Below are positions 12,491 through 24,169 of a DNA stretch of 64,000 nt, in pieces. A program made the translations under genes and the position numbers. The notes under the pieces were generated by a model, which was given only the letters and a program-made list of their open reading frames with translations, did no database searches and had not been told where the DNA came from. The DNA lies in contig NC_092679.1 in NCBI RefSeq assembly GCF_964355755.1, forward strand, positions 12,755,432-12,819,431, given 5' to 3'. The DNA comes from Antedon mediterranea. Its lineage: Eukaryota; Animalia; Echinodermata. Numbering within the stretch: position 1 is the first letter of the stretch; each line of letters starts with the position of its first letter.

Positions 12491-13946
12491 TCATGCACCA
12501 ATGATTGCACTACCGATTTGAAGATTTGGACGATTCCATTATTGATAAGGTAGCGAAAATAATCGTACTGCATTTATTTTTATGTAACTCATTGATGTAT
12601 GTAGCTCTTCACAAAATAATAACAATAATAACTTAAAGCCAGGATCTCAATTTAAGCTACAAAATCGATGAAACACAGAATTTCAATACAAAATGCTTGT
12701 ATTATAGCACAATTGCTTACTTTTAAAACTCAATACTGTACTAACTCCACGTCAGATCTGACTCATCTATCCAATTTTACAGTATTCCTAGATAACACAG
12801 GCTATAAAACTTTCTTATTCCCCACCACAAAACCCACAAAATGGACCATTTGTTATGGAAATCTAGATAAAGGAGGTACAGTCTTAATTAATTAAGATAT
12901 TAATTAATCAACATTGCGCCTATGTGCAATTTTTTTTCGCGACCCAAACAATGTATTATTGATAAAAAGTTTCACCATCGAAGAAGATTTTACGACCCAT
13001 CAATTTTTTGTTGACCCAAACAATGGGTCGCGACCCATAGGTTGCGGAACGGCGCCATAGACCACCACTGTGGATTTCATTTTCATTATATATAGAGACT
13101 CTTCACTCTCAGCGTAGGAGAAAAGAAAAATATCTCCCCTAATAATATTCCATAGAGATAAATGCAACTTTATATCAAAAGACATGGACTTTAAATTTAT
13201 ACAATAAAGGTTTTGTGATAGTCAAGATGTACCTGCATAAATCCTTATTGTGCGTTTTTGCAAATAAATATTACTAATTTGTGTTACAGTACAGCTAATA
13301 ATTACTGCTTCGTTCCCACGCGTAACCTTTCGTAGCCCATGCGTGGGGCATTGTTGAACCTACGATGTATTGTCTTGTCTTCAGGACTTTTCTAGGGAAT
13401 ATGTTAGTTGTATGTTAAAGTGTTATAATGATGGTAAAATATGTTGAGAAAGATAAATACTTTAATTTACTCATACAACAACATAGAAACAATATTAGAA
13501 ATGCTATTCGTTGAGGCTGTCGACATAAGATAATTTAATACTAAAGAAATTTAGTTTTATTTTTACATGTTTAATTAAATTCTTATCAATTTTAATTGTT
13601 AGGGATTTATAAAGTATATTGTTTTAAAATGACAATTAACTTGAACCATGTCGTGTACATATTATTTTCCAATTCATTATTGATAATTTTTGTTGTTATT
13701 TTTTGTATTTGAAACAAAAGGAGAAATTGAGATCATTATTAATAAAAGCATTTTGTATTGGAATTCTGTGTTTCATCGATTTTGTAGTTAAAACTGAAAA
13801 CCTGGGCTTAAGTTATTATTATTTTTTTAAGAGCTACATGCATCAATGAGTTACATAAAAATAAATGCAGTACGATTATTTTCGCTACCCTATCAATAAT
13901 GGAATCTTCAATCGGTAAACAAAGTCGGTAGTGCAATCATTGGTGC

Positions 13947-14790
13947 ATGACGATGAACGACTTGGGGACAAACGACTTGGGGGCAACCGACTTGATGATG
14001 AACAACTTTAGGACGAATGACTTAATGATAAACGACCTTATGATGAATGACTTGAGGGCGATCGACTTGAAGGCGATCGACTTGAGGGTGAACGACTTGA
14101 TGATGAACGACTTGGAGATAAACAACTTCAAGACGAACGAATTAAGTCTGTATTGCAATCATTATGACGATGAACGACTTGGGGACAAACGACTTGACAA
14201 TGAACAACTTTAGGACAAATGACTTGAGGACAAACGACCTTGATAAATGACTTGAGGGCGAACGACTTGAAGACGAACGACTTGATGATGAACAACTTGA
14301 GGACAAATGACTTGACGATGAACAACTTTAGGACGAACGACTTGGGGACGAACGACTTGATGGTGAACAACTTGAAGACAAACGACTTTATGATGAACAA
14401 CTTGACGACCAACGACTTGATGATGAACAACTTTAGGACGAACGACTTAATGATGAATGACTTGAGGACGAACGACTTCATGATGAATGATTTAATGATG
14501 AACGACTTAATGATGAATGACTTTAGGACGAACGACTTAATGATGAATGACGTAACGATAAATGACTTGAGTACGAACGACTTAATGATGAATGACTTAA
14601 TGATGACTGACTTAATGATGAACGACTTGAGGACGAACGACTTGAAGACGAACGACTTAAGGACGAACGACTTGAAGACGAATGACTTGAGGACGAACGA
14701 CTAGAAGTCGAACGACTTTGAGACGAACGACTCGAGGACAAACGACTTAATGATGAATGACGTAACGACGAATGACTTGAAGACGAACGA
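13947..14790 (-). repeat. 15-bp minisatellite in the right arm (reverse complement)
   Basis: gaggacgaacgactt / aatgatgaatgactt variants. Confidence 0.95.
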
Positions 14791-15584
14791 GTTGGCTTGG
14801 TCATGAAACAAATAGATTCATGATGATTGGTTTGGCTTCACGGTGATTGGTCTGGCGATGAACAATTTGACTTCGTGGTGAAGGGTTTGGTTTCGCGATG
14901 AACGATCTGGCTTCACGATGAATGATTTTTCGATGAATCGTTTGACTTGACGGTGACCGATGTGACTTCACGATGAATGGGTTGGTTTGACGATGAATGA
15001 TTTCACATGACTATGCATGGCTTGACAATGACTGGTTTTACTTGACAATGAATTGAATGAAATGATAACAAATGGTGTGGCTGGACGGTGAATGATGTAG
15101 ATTCACGTTGATTGTTTACATGAATGTATTGTTGTTGAATGGTATGGATTGAGGAGTTTTGGCGGATTTGGCTTGCCATACTGCTTTTATTAATGAAATT
15201 CGTATTTTCGTATCTATTAAAAATAGGCCTATCCTTTTCCATTGTATATCTTGCGCTTACGACTCTTACGCTTACGTAAAGTTGACTCCAAGTCAACTTT
15301 ACGTAAGAATCGTTAATAACGCAACGCAAGTGATCACAAGCAATAAAATCCCGGTTTCCTGTAAATTCGCGATAAATCGACGTATCAGACGGAGATTCGA
15401 TACCACCAAAATATTGTCGTAAGCGGTTTCCTGTCAAATGTTGGTTTCTTACGTAAAATCGACGTAACAATCGTAACTGACGTTAGAAAAACTGACTCTT
15501 ACGTCGACAGCAAACCAGCCTTAAGACACAACTCCCGGCTTATATATCAGACAGGTAGTTTGGTGACTGTGAAGGTAGAAAAGA

Positions 15585-15682
15585 ATGCTAGGAAGAAGTT
15601 TCCAACTGTCTCTGCTGGTGACTCTGGCACTCAGCTATGCTGAAGAACAGGATGCCCGGTGTTGGTGAGACAAAAGGAACGG
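15585..15682 (+). pseudogene. FReD copy B: orphan signal-peptide exon 1 with internal deletion and stop
   Basis: MLGRSFQLSLLVTLALSYAEEQDARCW*. Homologous to 55985-56120, TATATA at 15541, gtatgg donor retained. Confidence 0.8.
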
Positions 15683-16974
15683 GTATGGCATTCTTATGGC
15701 ATATTTATACATATATCCTATTGAGTTGTTAAGGGATAAGACTTAAAGTTACTTAGTTCATATTTGTGTCAATATAAGATCATCTCTTATTGTTTGTAAA
15801 ATTTACATGTTCCACAATAGTTTTCATCCTGAAAGATGTGACCTTATTACCTCCACCAAGGAGGTTAGTCGATCGTGTTTGTCTGTTTTTTTTACTAAAA
15901 AGTTATTGCCAGATCTTTACCAAATTGAAAACACAGATAGATATGTGGTCAAGGACCACTCCATTAAATTGTTGAGGCAATCTGGACCAGGATCCCAATT
16001 CTGGACCACTTTTTAGTATTATTTTCAGACCTGCTAATGTTAAAAGATACTAGTGGAACAATTTTAAAAATCTAGCTATAGGTAATGATTTTAGTGCAAG
16101 AAGTAAACTGAAATTGCATTTTCTCAAGAATTACTTCATTTTTGTACAACAGGCAAGATCGAGTTATAATTTGTGATTTGTAATTTTTAAACATAATTTG
16201 ATTTAACTAGAGGGTGAGCTAGCTCCCCCTCTAGGAAGTGTAGACGATGGTTCTCGGAATGATAATGACTCGGGTAAAAAGTTTTAGAAGGAAATTCTGA
16301 CCTGGACGTTTTCGGTCGGTTACCATTATTGAAATGCTTTTTTTGATATTTGTTAAACTAAACCTACTCACTAACCTGTTTCACAGTGTCTTAGATGATA
16401 AATAGCGTTTTACGTATAGTGTTTATTGTAGATATGAAAAGTGGTAAAAAAGAATAACAAATGCTTGATAAATTGTAGATAACAGTCCGATGAAATCTAC
16501 TAAAAATAGTATAATTGTGTTATAAATATAATACAATTACAATATTGTGGTGTTCCAGGCGTTTATTCAAATAAATACCATCCTAATTGGTATAATTAAT
16601 ACATTATTCCACGACACAGTGAGCCGTTTTGGCCTAAGAAGGAAGACGTTTTAGACGGCTTGCAACATGGGCAGAAGTATCCCAGGGTCCTAACGGGACA
16701 CAGATAGCGCACAGTATACATAAAGTCCTGGCAGCTTACTCAACAACTCGGCTATCAGGCTTTCATTCGATTTCAAACAAAAGCTCTTATCATCAGTTCT
16801 CTCGATGTAATTTTATATACTTATTTCCCACAATATACTCCTATGTTTTATGAATATATTGAATTTGATCTTTATGTACTACTATACCTTCACAGGCGCG
16901 GTCCGAAAATAAACAAAAAACCAAAATTGCTATCGCCACCAAGCACCAATGGCCAACTTAGTTGAAACCAACCA

Positions 16975-17260
16975 TGCAGGGAAGTTGCAAGGTGATTGAC
17001 ACACCTTACCGTGAACCCGGAAATTATTTCTACCGCGCATAGAGTTAAAATTTACCGATTGAAATCACAAATTTTATTATAAAACCCTTTATAATATCTT
17101 CCTAAGATAGAAATATGGAACAATATCGTAATAGTGAAAACTACTGTTATCAAATTTACATTTCACGGTACATCTGAGATAGATCAGGTAGGTATCCAAG
17201 GCAGAGATTTGTACCGAAGTTTTTCCATTGTGCTCGCCTATGTCAGAATTAACCATAATT
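16975..17260 (+). repeat. Dispersed repeat; inverted copy at ~53400-53645
   Basis: aatatcgtaatagtgaa..gtacatctgagataga..tttttccattgtgctcgccta is found reverse-complemented at 53422-53575. Confidence 0.75.
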
Positions 17261-17948
17261 TATAAATAGATGTACAGGATTTTTGATACAAGTAGTTTTT
17301 AAAAACCAATTTCTTAAAACTTGCTTGTTTCTGGCATTTTGTTTAATATTAAAAGAGACAACCAAAGACTGGCACTAGAACAGTCCTAAAGGGTATTTTC
17401 AGACTCAACAGAAATGACAGTTTACATCGTAAAGTTGTTTTTTGTTATTTTTATTTATATAATCTTACCTTCAAATATACTGATTTGTGTTTTTACTACT
17501 TTAAAATAATTTCAAACATAATTATTACACAGACAATTCTCTGATTAATTTATGAAAATATTGGCAACACCAAGTGTACTTTTCTTTAAAATTGAAAAAA
17601 TGAAAATATGTATTTAACGTTTAGCTATTTTGCTGTCATAATTAACCTAGGTATAATTTTGGCCTGCCCGCTAATCATAGCCTTTTCATTGGTTACGGCT
17701 AAAATCACTGAGAAATCACTGGATTAGCATTAATAAATCTACCCCCACCCCCTTGCTAGGTTTAGTGATGATCGGCGAGATCAGCCACCTAGCGCTAATC
17801 CGCGGTTCAGACACAAACATATGTATGCCACTTACATAACGCTACCTTAACGTTGCGAGTCTCAATAATTAACTAAAGGTCAATTGAATAACTGGTTATT
17901 GATGTCCAACAGCCAGGTGGGTGATTTCCTTATTTTAAGAATGTCTTT

Positions 17949-18789
17949 GGGCCTGTTTCTGCTGCAACTGCTCAAAATACGGTATAAAACGTGGTATAAA
18001 ACACAGTATTTTTTATACCGTATTTTTTAGTACCCAGTTTCTGCTAACAATACTTCTTGGGTGGTCGTGTTAAATTTCATCCTTTTTACCCACATTGCCA
18101 TTCATTTATTAAATCGATAATTAAAAGTCGCAATAAAGGTTTTAAAGTTTTACGCCACACTTTAACAGCCTAGCCCTATTAGTGATAGAGATGTTGTGAG
18201 AGCACAGAAAACATCGTAATGAAGACAAGTAATTCGTTCTCTCCCCGAGTTATTGTCTTTTGCAATGTTGTACTGCTTTCGCAGGCTCTTCAGCTTTGAG
18301 TTTATACTTGCTCGTACTCCTGCTTTATTTTTTTAGAAATGTCTTTATAAATGTGGTTGCCGCTTTTATTATCTTTTAGTTGGCCGGACATTTTAGCTTC
18401 CCCTCCCCCTTCCTCCCCTCCCCCACACAGATTTATATAGTAAATACTGTGACGTCTTCGCTCCACATTTTCGCCGAATATAGGCTATCTATACACGTGT
18501 GTAAAACAGCTGACAGCGACAGAAAATAAAAACACGATGTTGACCTCATGTCCCAGGTAAAACAAAATAAGGAATTTTTTATTGGCAGCAGAAAAGGGTA
18601 AAAAAAATACGGTATAAATTTGTAAATACCGTATTTTATCCACAAATTTTGTGGGGAAAATACGGTATACAAAATACGGTATTTTTTTTATGAGCACAGT
18701 TTCTGCTGCCAAAAAAAATATGGTATAAATACGGTATTCAAAAAATACTGTATAAAATACGGTATTTTCTTGGCAGCAGAAACAGGGCC
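17949..18789. mobile_element. MITE, Harbinger-like, with AATACGGTA subterminal repeats
   Basis: TIR gggcctgtttctgctgc / gcagcagaaacagggcc with 3-bp TTT on both flanks. Confidence 0.75.
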
Positions 18790-19359
18790 TTTCTGTTGCC
18801 AAGAAATTTTTGGTATTCCCACAAAATATTAAACAGTGTAAATAACTAGATTCCAGTTACTTATTGCCTCCCCTCTTCCATTGTGTACATTTATTTGTTT
18901 CCTGTATAAACCTCCAAATTTGAAATTCTAAGAAAGAGTAACAATAATTATCATCTGTCAATCATGGAAATTTATATGTTGCTTTATGGCCACCAAATAT
19001 GGTCACATGGACATGGGTTGATTGGAATATTCGATTCAATATATATAAGGTATTTTTTATATTTTAATAAAGAAAAATGTTATCAAAAAAATATTTAAAA
19101 AACTAATGGAACAAATGAAAATGTATTTAAAATTCATTTTAAGTATTAATATTTAGAAATTATTATTATGATGAAAAAGAAACAGTAAAATGCTAAAATG
19201 AGAATTTTGAGATACTCTAAACTGCAATCGCCCATTCCAAAATGATTATATACATACACATGACTTTGGAGCTACAATTCATAATTTTGTTAGTGTTCTG
19301 ATGAGACACAACTACTAGCTTAACTATATCAACCTGACATAGTTTGTAAAGGCAGAAAG

Positions 19360-19525
19360 ATGCTGGCAAGATGGTTCTTTGTGTCACTGATGGTGGCTTT
19401 AACCCTCTCAGACAGCTGTGTTGTAGAAACTGAAGAACAGGATGGTGTTTCTAACATACTTGTTGTTATTAAAAAAGAATGTGGTGATGAAGGAAGTGAT
19501 TTTCAAGACACTCAAGTATTAAAAG
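19360..19525 (+). CDS. FReD copy C exon 1 (signal peptide + short Cys-containing linker)
   Basis: MLARWFFVSLMVALTLSDSC..KKECGDE. Phase-1 donor aaag|gtagt. Similar to copy E exon 1. Confidence 0.8.
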
Positions 19526-20013
19526 GTAGTTATTTTAATTGTTGTGATGTTATGTGAACAAAATGCTTTGTATTTATGATGGCATTTTAGATTGCCATAA
19601 TTGCATGCATATTGAATTGTAGGCAAGGTAGAAGAGTGAATTAAGCATCATACACTATGCCTATTTTTGCAACGTCTGAGTACATGATGTAGCTTACTTT
19701 TTTAAAAGCTTTGCCACATTAGAATGGGCAATGGGGGTATCATTCTTGCAAATAGGCTTATAGGCCATTTCACAGAGCTGTTCACATCTGGCAATCATTT
19801 TTTGAAAGTGCATGATTAAACTAATTGATTAATATATTTATGATTGTCAAATGTTATGTTTTTTTTACGACCTGTACTCCTATTGTAGTCTCACACGTTA
19901 GGAATTAGTTTTGGGAACAAGTTGACATGGGAGCAAGTGGAAATGAGACTTTGGATTGAGTTTACTGTAAATTTTTAATTACAATTTATTTACTTATGTA
20001 CATCTCTTTTAAG

Positions 20014-20139
20014 ATTATCCACGAGATTGCACTGACTTACTTGAACGCAACAGTGAAGCAACAAGTGGTGCTTACATGATCAATATTCGTGATGGAGGTA
20101 AACCATTCAGAGTTTACTGCGATATGGACACTGATGGAA
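20014..20139 (+). CDS. FReD copy C exon 2, lacking terminal GGWT and the normal splice donor
   Basis: DYPRDCTD..SGAYMI..PFRVYCDMDTDG, then unrelated sequence (agtattaaaacc). Confidence 0.8.
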
Positions 20140-20614
20140 GTATTAAAACCAAAATATTATAATACCCGTAATATTTTTCCATAATTATATGAGCATTAAA
20201 ACACAGTGCCTTTAATTTTCAAAATTCACTAAGAAACTAGAGAAAATCATTGTGCACATGCGCATGTTTCTTTGCATGTGCAGATTGATTTTCTGTAGTT
20301 TACAGATTAATTCGTTATTTACTATATGAACATATGAACACATAACTAGACTATGAAATTTAGGAAGTTAAAAACTCCGCTGGACTGGAGGAACTGAACA
20401 ATGATATAAGAAAGTCTAGTTTGAACAGAAGAAACAATTTAGCAACACATTTCTTTTACCTGTAGTAATAGTAAATGTATATCTTGATCTTCCAAAATTC
20501 TTACAAAACGTCAACTTGTAGGTATACTCTACAAATTTACTCGACGAAATTCAACCATTATGAATATGACTTTGTCACAGATCTAAAACTCACTAATTAA
20601 TTATATTTGTAAAG

Positions 20615-20876
20615 GTTTTTCAAAGACGAGAAGATGGATCCATGAATTTCTATAGAAATTGGCCAACATACAAGGCAGGATTTGGGAATGTTAATAGTGA
20701 GCATTGGCTTGGTAATGATAACATTCATCGCCTTACATCTGATGGTCAGTTTGAATTAAGAGTGGACATGTCCACTTTTGAAGGAGAATCTGCCTATGCT
20801 AACTATGGCAACTTTCGAATAGGTGATGAGGAAAGCAACTACAAACTGATATGTGGTAACTACAGTGGTAATGCAG
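20615..20876 (+). CDS. FReD copy C exon 3
   Basis: aag|[48 protein letters not shown]|gtaag; 262 nt. Confidence 0.9.
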
Positions 20877-21049
20877 GTAAGGACTTGTTTTCACACCGTT
20901 TGGCTCATCTACAATACATTACTATAACAAATTAAATATTGTAATGTCAGTATTATGTCTGTCTGGTAATAGTGTTTCTCTGATACTTCTAAATAATAAT
21001 ATAGCACGACCTACGTTGAAATAAAACTGTCTCACAAAGTCACGTTTCA

Positions 21050-21450
21050 TTTGAGATGACGTCATCATGTTAAAAGTTATTTCACCTATGCTACACTGTA
21101 TGTACAGTAGTATGTATACAGTATATAGTGTATACCTGTATAGATACTTTAGACACAAAATAGAGAGCACACCAACAAAAAGTATAATTTATATCATGCA
21201 CTAACTTTCTGTTGAAAAAATGGCATGTTCCACAGAATGTTAAAAATTAAAAATGCAAAAAAATCAATTTCTATGCGTTTCATATCATTTTAAGCATGTA
21301 TAAATTCGCACGTGCGTACAAATGTTTACGCGCGTGGTGTGCAGTGTTATAAAAATCATTTTTTTGCATGAATAACATTTTTCCAGTGTTTCTAGTAATT
21401 TTACTAAATTTGAAACCATATTGACTTAAAATCATAAGCATGTCAAATTA
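21050..21450 (+). mobile_element. Degraded HINE-family fragments in copy C intron 3
   Basis: tcacctatgctacactgtatg; atcatgcactaactttctgttgaaaaaa. 21250-21450 closely matches 1-300. Confidence 0.8.
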
Positions 21451-21577
21451 AAGCAGGATTTAATGTAGTAAATTAGGAAGTACTATATACCAAAGTGCAC
21501 ATTATGTCCAATTTACTGAAATTGGCTAGATTGTACTCAAATGATATTCAAATATTATATTATTATCTTTATTTTAG

Positions 21578-21831
21578 GTGATTCACTGTCATATCATAAC
21601 AATCACCGGTTTTCAACCTTTGACCAAGATCATGATACAGCAGCCTCATCATGTTCTGTGTCATACAAGGGAGCTTGGTGGTACAGGTATGTTGGATGTC
21701 ATGTATCAAATCTGAATGGATTGTACCTGGGTGGTACAACTGATCAGTTTGCCACAGGTGTGGTGTGGAAAAATTGGAAAGATTACTACTATTCCTTGAA
21801 AACAAGCGAGATGAAAATACGTAGAATTTAA
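21578..21831 (+). CDS. FReD copy C exon 4 (P-domain)
   Basis: [53 protein letters not shown]. Confidence 0.9.
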
Positions 21832-22009
21832 TGGTAGCATGATATAGTGAAGTTGATAACTTGAGTTAAACTCAGAGTATAATAATTAATTTGAAAATTA
21901 ATAAAATTCAAAGACACCTAAGCTTTTAAAAATTTATGTAAAATTAAATACACTTAATGTGAAAAATAAGTTGATTCTAATAATTCAAGTAGGACGATAC
22001 AAATACTAG

Positions 22010-22440
22010 CATTCATTCAAGGTTTTTATTCAATAAAACGAAAATTTACAGTGTAGCCAAAGGCTAAATTGTGTACAATTTTACAAAATATTGCACATAT
22101 AAAAAAGTTAAAAAAGTTATCACATAAAAAGAACATCTTATATTGAAATGAATTAGATAAAGTACATAATATGAAAATGAAAAAAACATTGAAAAATCAA
22201 AGAAATTGTTACAAATCATGGCCTAATAAAATATCTGTATTAAAACTTATGTATTATGTATTTCACATTGGTTGATGACGGCAACGTTGGCTAAATGTAA
22301 TTATTCTTTATTATTCAGGTTAATTAGGTATGGCAAAGGGCTATTTTTATATCGTTTAGTTTTACATTTTATTTGTTGATATGGGTTGGTCTTTCTTAAG
22401 TTGTACGGTTTATTTCTAGCCATGATTGAAAATATGCTGA
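22010..22440 (-). mobile_element. 3' end of an L2/CR1-group LINE (also at ~59708-60145)
   Basis: YNLRK..CKTKRYKNSPLPYLINL, a typical ORF2 C-terminus; 3' UTR ends AATAAA..tgaatgaat. Confidence 0.7.
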
Positions 22441-23299
22441 CTTTATGCACAGATTGATATTTTCGTTTTTTTCTGTGATGCAATATATCGTGAAGGGAAA
22501 ATATAGAAGGACAGTATTTCCCCGATTTTTAACAGATCCTGTAAAAAAAAGCACAATTCAGGTACAAGAAAACGACACGCTAGGTCTACAGCTAGCATAC
22601 AATGTTCATACGTTACAGCTTGACATAAGCCCCGTCTATTGTCATTCAACACAAGCTATTAGGTAATACTAGCAGGAACCTGTGCTCCGCACGGTCTTTA
22701 TCTGCCTTACTATGTGGTTATAAACTTCACATGGGAGGAGTAAGTATAATAAATAATAATATATGATAAAAGTACTCTGACAATTTGTTAAAATAAAAAA
22801 AAATTGTATCAAGAATAAAATTTGCAAACATTGATTTTTTTTTTACACTATTCCTTGACTTTGAAATATCTGTAAGCTAAAAATTGAAAGCAATACTGGA
22901 TATGGAACTTTAGACTTTACTTTGACTGTTCAGACTTTACAAAAATAGAAGACGCTAAAGAAATATTGTGCTGTGTGAATATTATACTATGGTGCGCATC
23001 AGAAATTGACAATGTGCATGTACATAAGAGGGACATGCAGTTTAAAATATTTCAATGATAAAATTAAAAAAAAATGGTAATTTATAGTGAGATGTATTAA
23101 ATGATACAGCTGCTTACGGACTTAAAATAAACACAAAAAATAACAATATGCTTTATTTAAACGCGAAAACTTGGCTCAACTAGCAGTTGTTTTTCTGCAA
23201 GGCCGCGTATAAAAACAAAAAGTTCATCAGATAAACATTGATAGGTGCTTGTGAAAAAATTACACCTTCATTCTGTGACGCTTCTCTTCAGGCATATGG

Positions 23300-23930
23300 T
23301 ATTTAGACGGCGATAATAAAATCGTTGGGTTTGTAGCCTCAAAGACTAAATTCTAGTGCAATATTTGGACTTAGGTTAGCGAAAGCTGTGGCAATGGATA
23401 TCAAATGTTCACCAGACTGTGATCAGACTGAACGATACTTTAATGTCCATTCACTTGTTTAACTACACGTGCCGCACATTTGGATATTTCTCAAGTTTTA
23501 TAGATTTTGTAGTAGAAGGGTTGTAGTAGAAGGGGTCAGCCAAAACTTGTACTGTCAGACAATGGTACAAATTTTGTTGGGGGTAAAAGGGAATTAAGTA
23601 AAGTAATGGAAATGTTGGATTTTAGGAAAATTAAAAACTATATGACTCATGAAGGAATTGGACGGAGTTTTAATCCACCTTTAAATCCACATTGCACATG
23701 TCTAAAGAAAGTCTAATTAAATCATCCAAAAAAATCAATGATTGCAATATTAGGCAAGGATAATAGCAAAATTAACCTTAGAAAGAACTTACGAAACATT
23801 TTTGGAATAGATGGGTTAAAGAATGGCTACCTACAATGAATAAAAAAAAATGGAAAGATCACACTCATGACTTTAAAGTTAATGATATTGTTATTGTAAA
23901 AGATAGATTTAATGTGAGAGGACAATTTCC
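23300..23930 (+). mobile_element. Degenerate BEL/Pao integrase remnant
   Basis: Broken frames read SDNGTNFVG, FNPP, FWNRW..EWLP, FKVNDIVIVKD..RGQ. Confidence 0.7.
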
Positions 23931-24169
23931 CAGCGGTGGGAGGCTGCAGGGGCTCTAGCCCCCTCGTTGGAGAGCCAAAGGCAAAAAGAGCCACTAGCTA
24001 GTTTTCTAAATTGTCTTAGCTCAGCCCCACTTTCGAGCTGGTCATAGATACTGTACTTACCGGTATACATTTCGTTTCATATTTCGAAGTATAATACAGT
24101 CAGTGCATTGTATGGGGACCTATAAGCTCTATTTAGGTGATCATTTAGAATAAAATGATCACATTCTTA

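Larger units (their letters stand above)
11296..15180. mobile_element. Non-autonomous foldback DNA transposon, IS3EU-like, with ~1.4-kb inverted arms
   Basis: TATGG...CCATA termini; 6-bp TSD CTGCTT (11290-11295, 15181-15186); arms 11296-~12705 and ~13740-15180. Confidence 0.85.
8609..15521. mobile_element. PIF/Harbinger DNA transposon (~6.9 kb including nested inserts), TAA TSD
   Basis: TIRs agcctggtttcctgtcgacgtaaga / tcttacgtcgacagcaaaccagcct. TAA at 8606-8608 and 15522-15524. The empty site gatat-taa-gacag is present in the paralog at ~55918-55930. Confidence 0.88.
21451..23135 (+). repeat. Segmental duplication; second copy at ~59167-60870
   Basis: Colinear intron end, exon 4 and ~1.3 kb of 3' flank. 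ORFs 22445-22666 and 60160-60348 are near-identical. Confidence 0.9.

Noticed and set aside
11665-14804. Long ORFs of (TNDLM/KSFII)n pentapeptides on both strands
   Set aside because: They are by-products of a 15-bp minisatellite inside transposon arms, mirrored in both arms, with no unique coding sequence.
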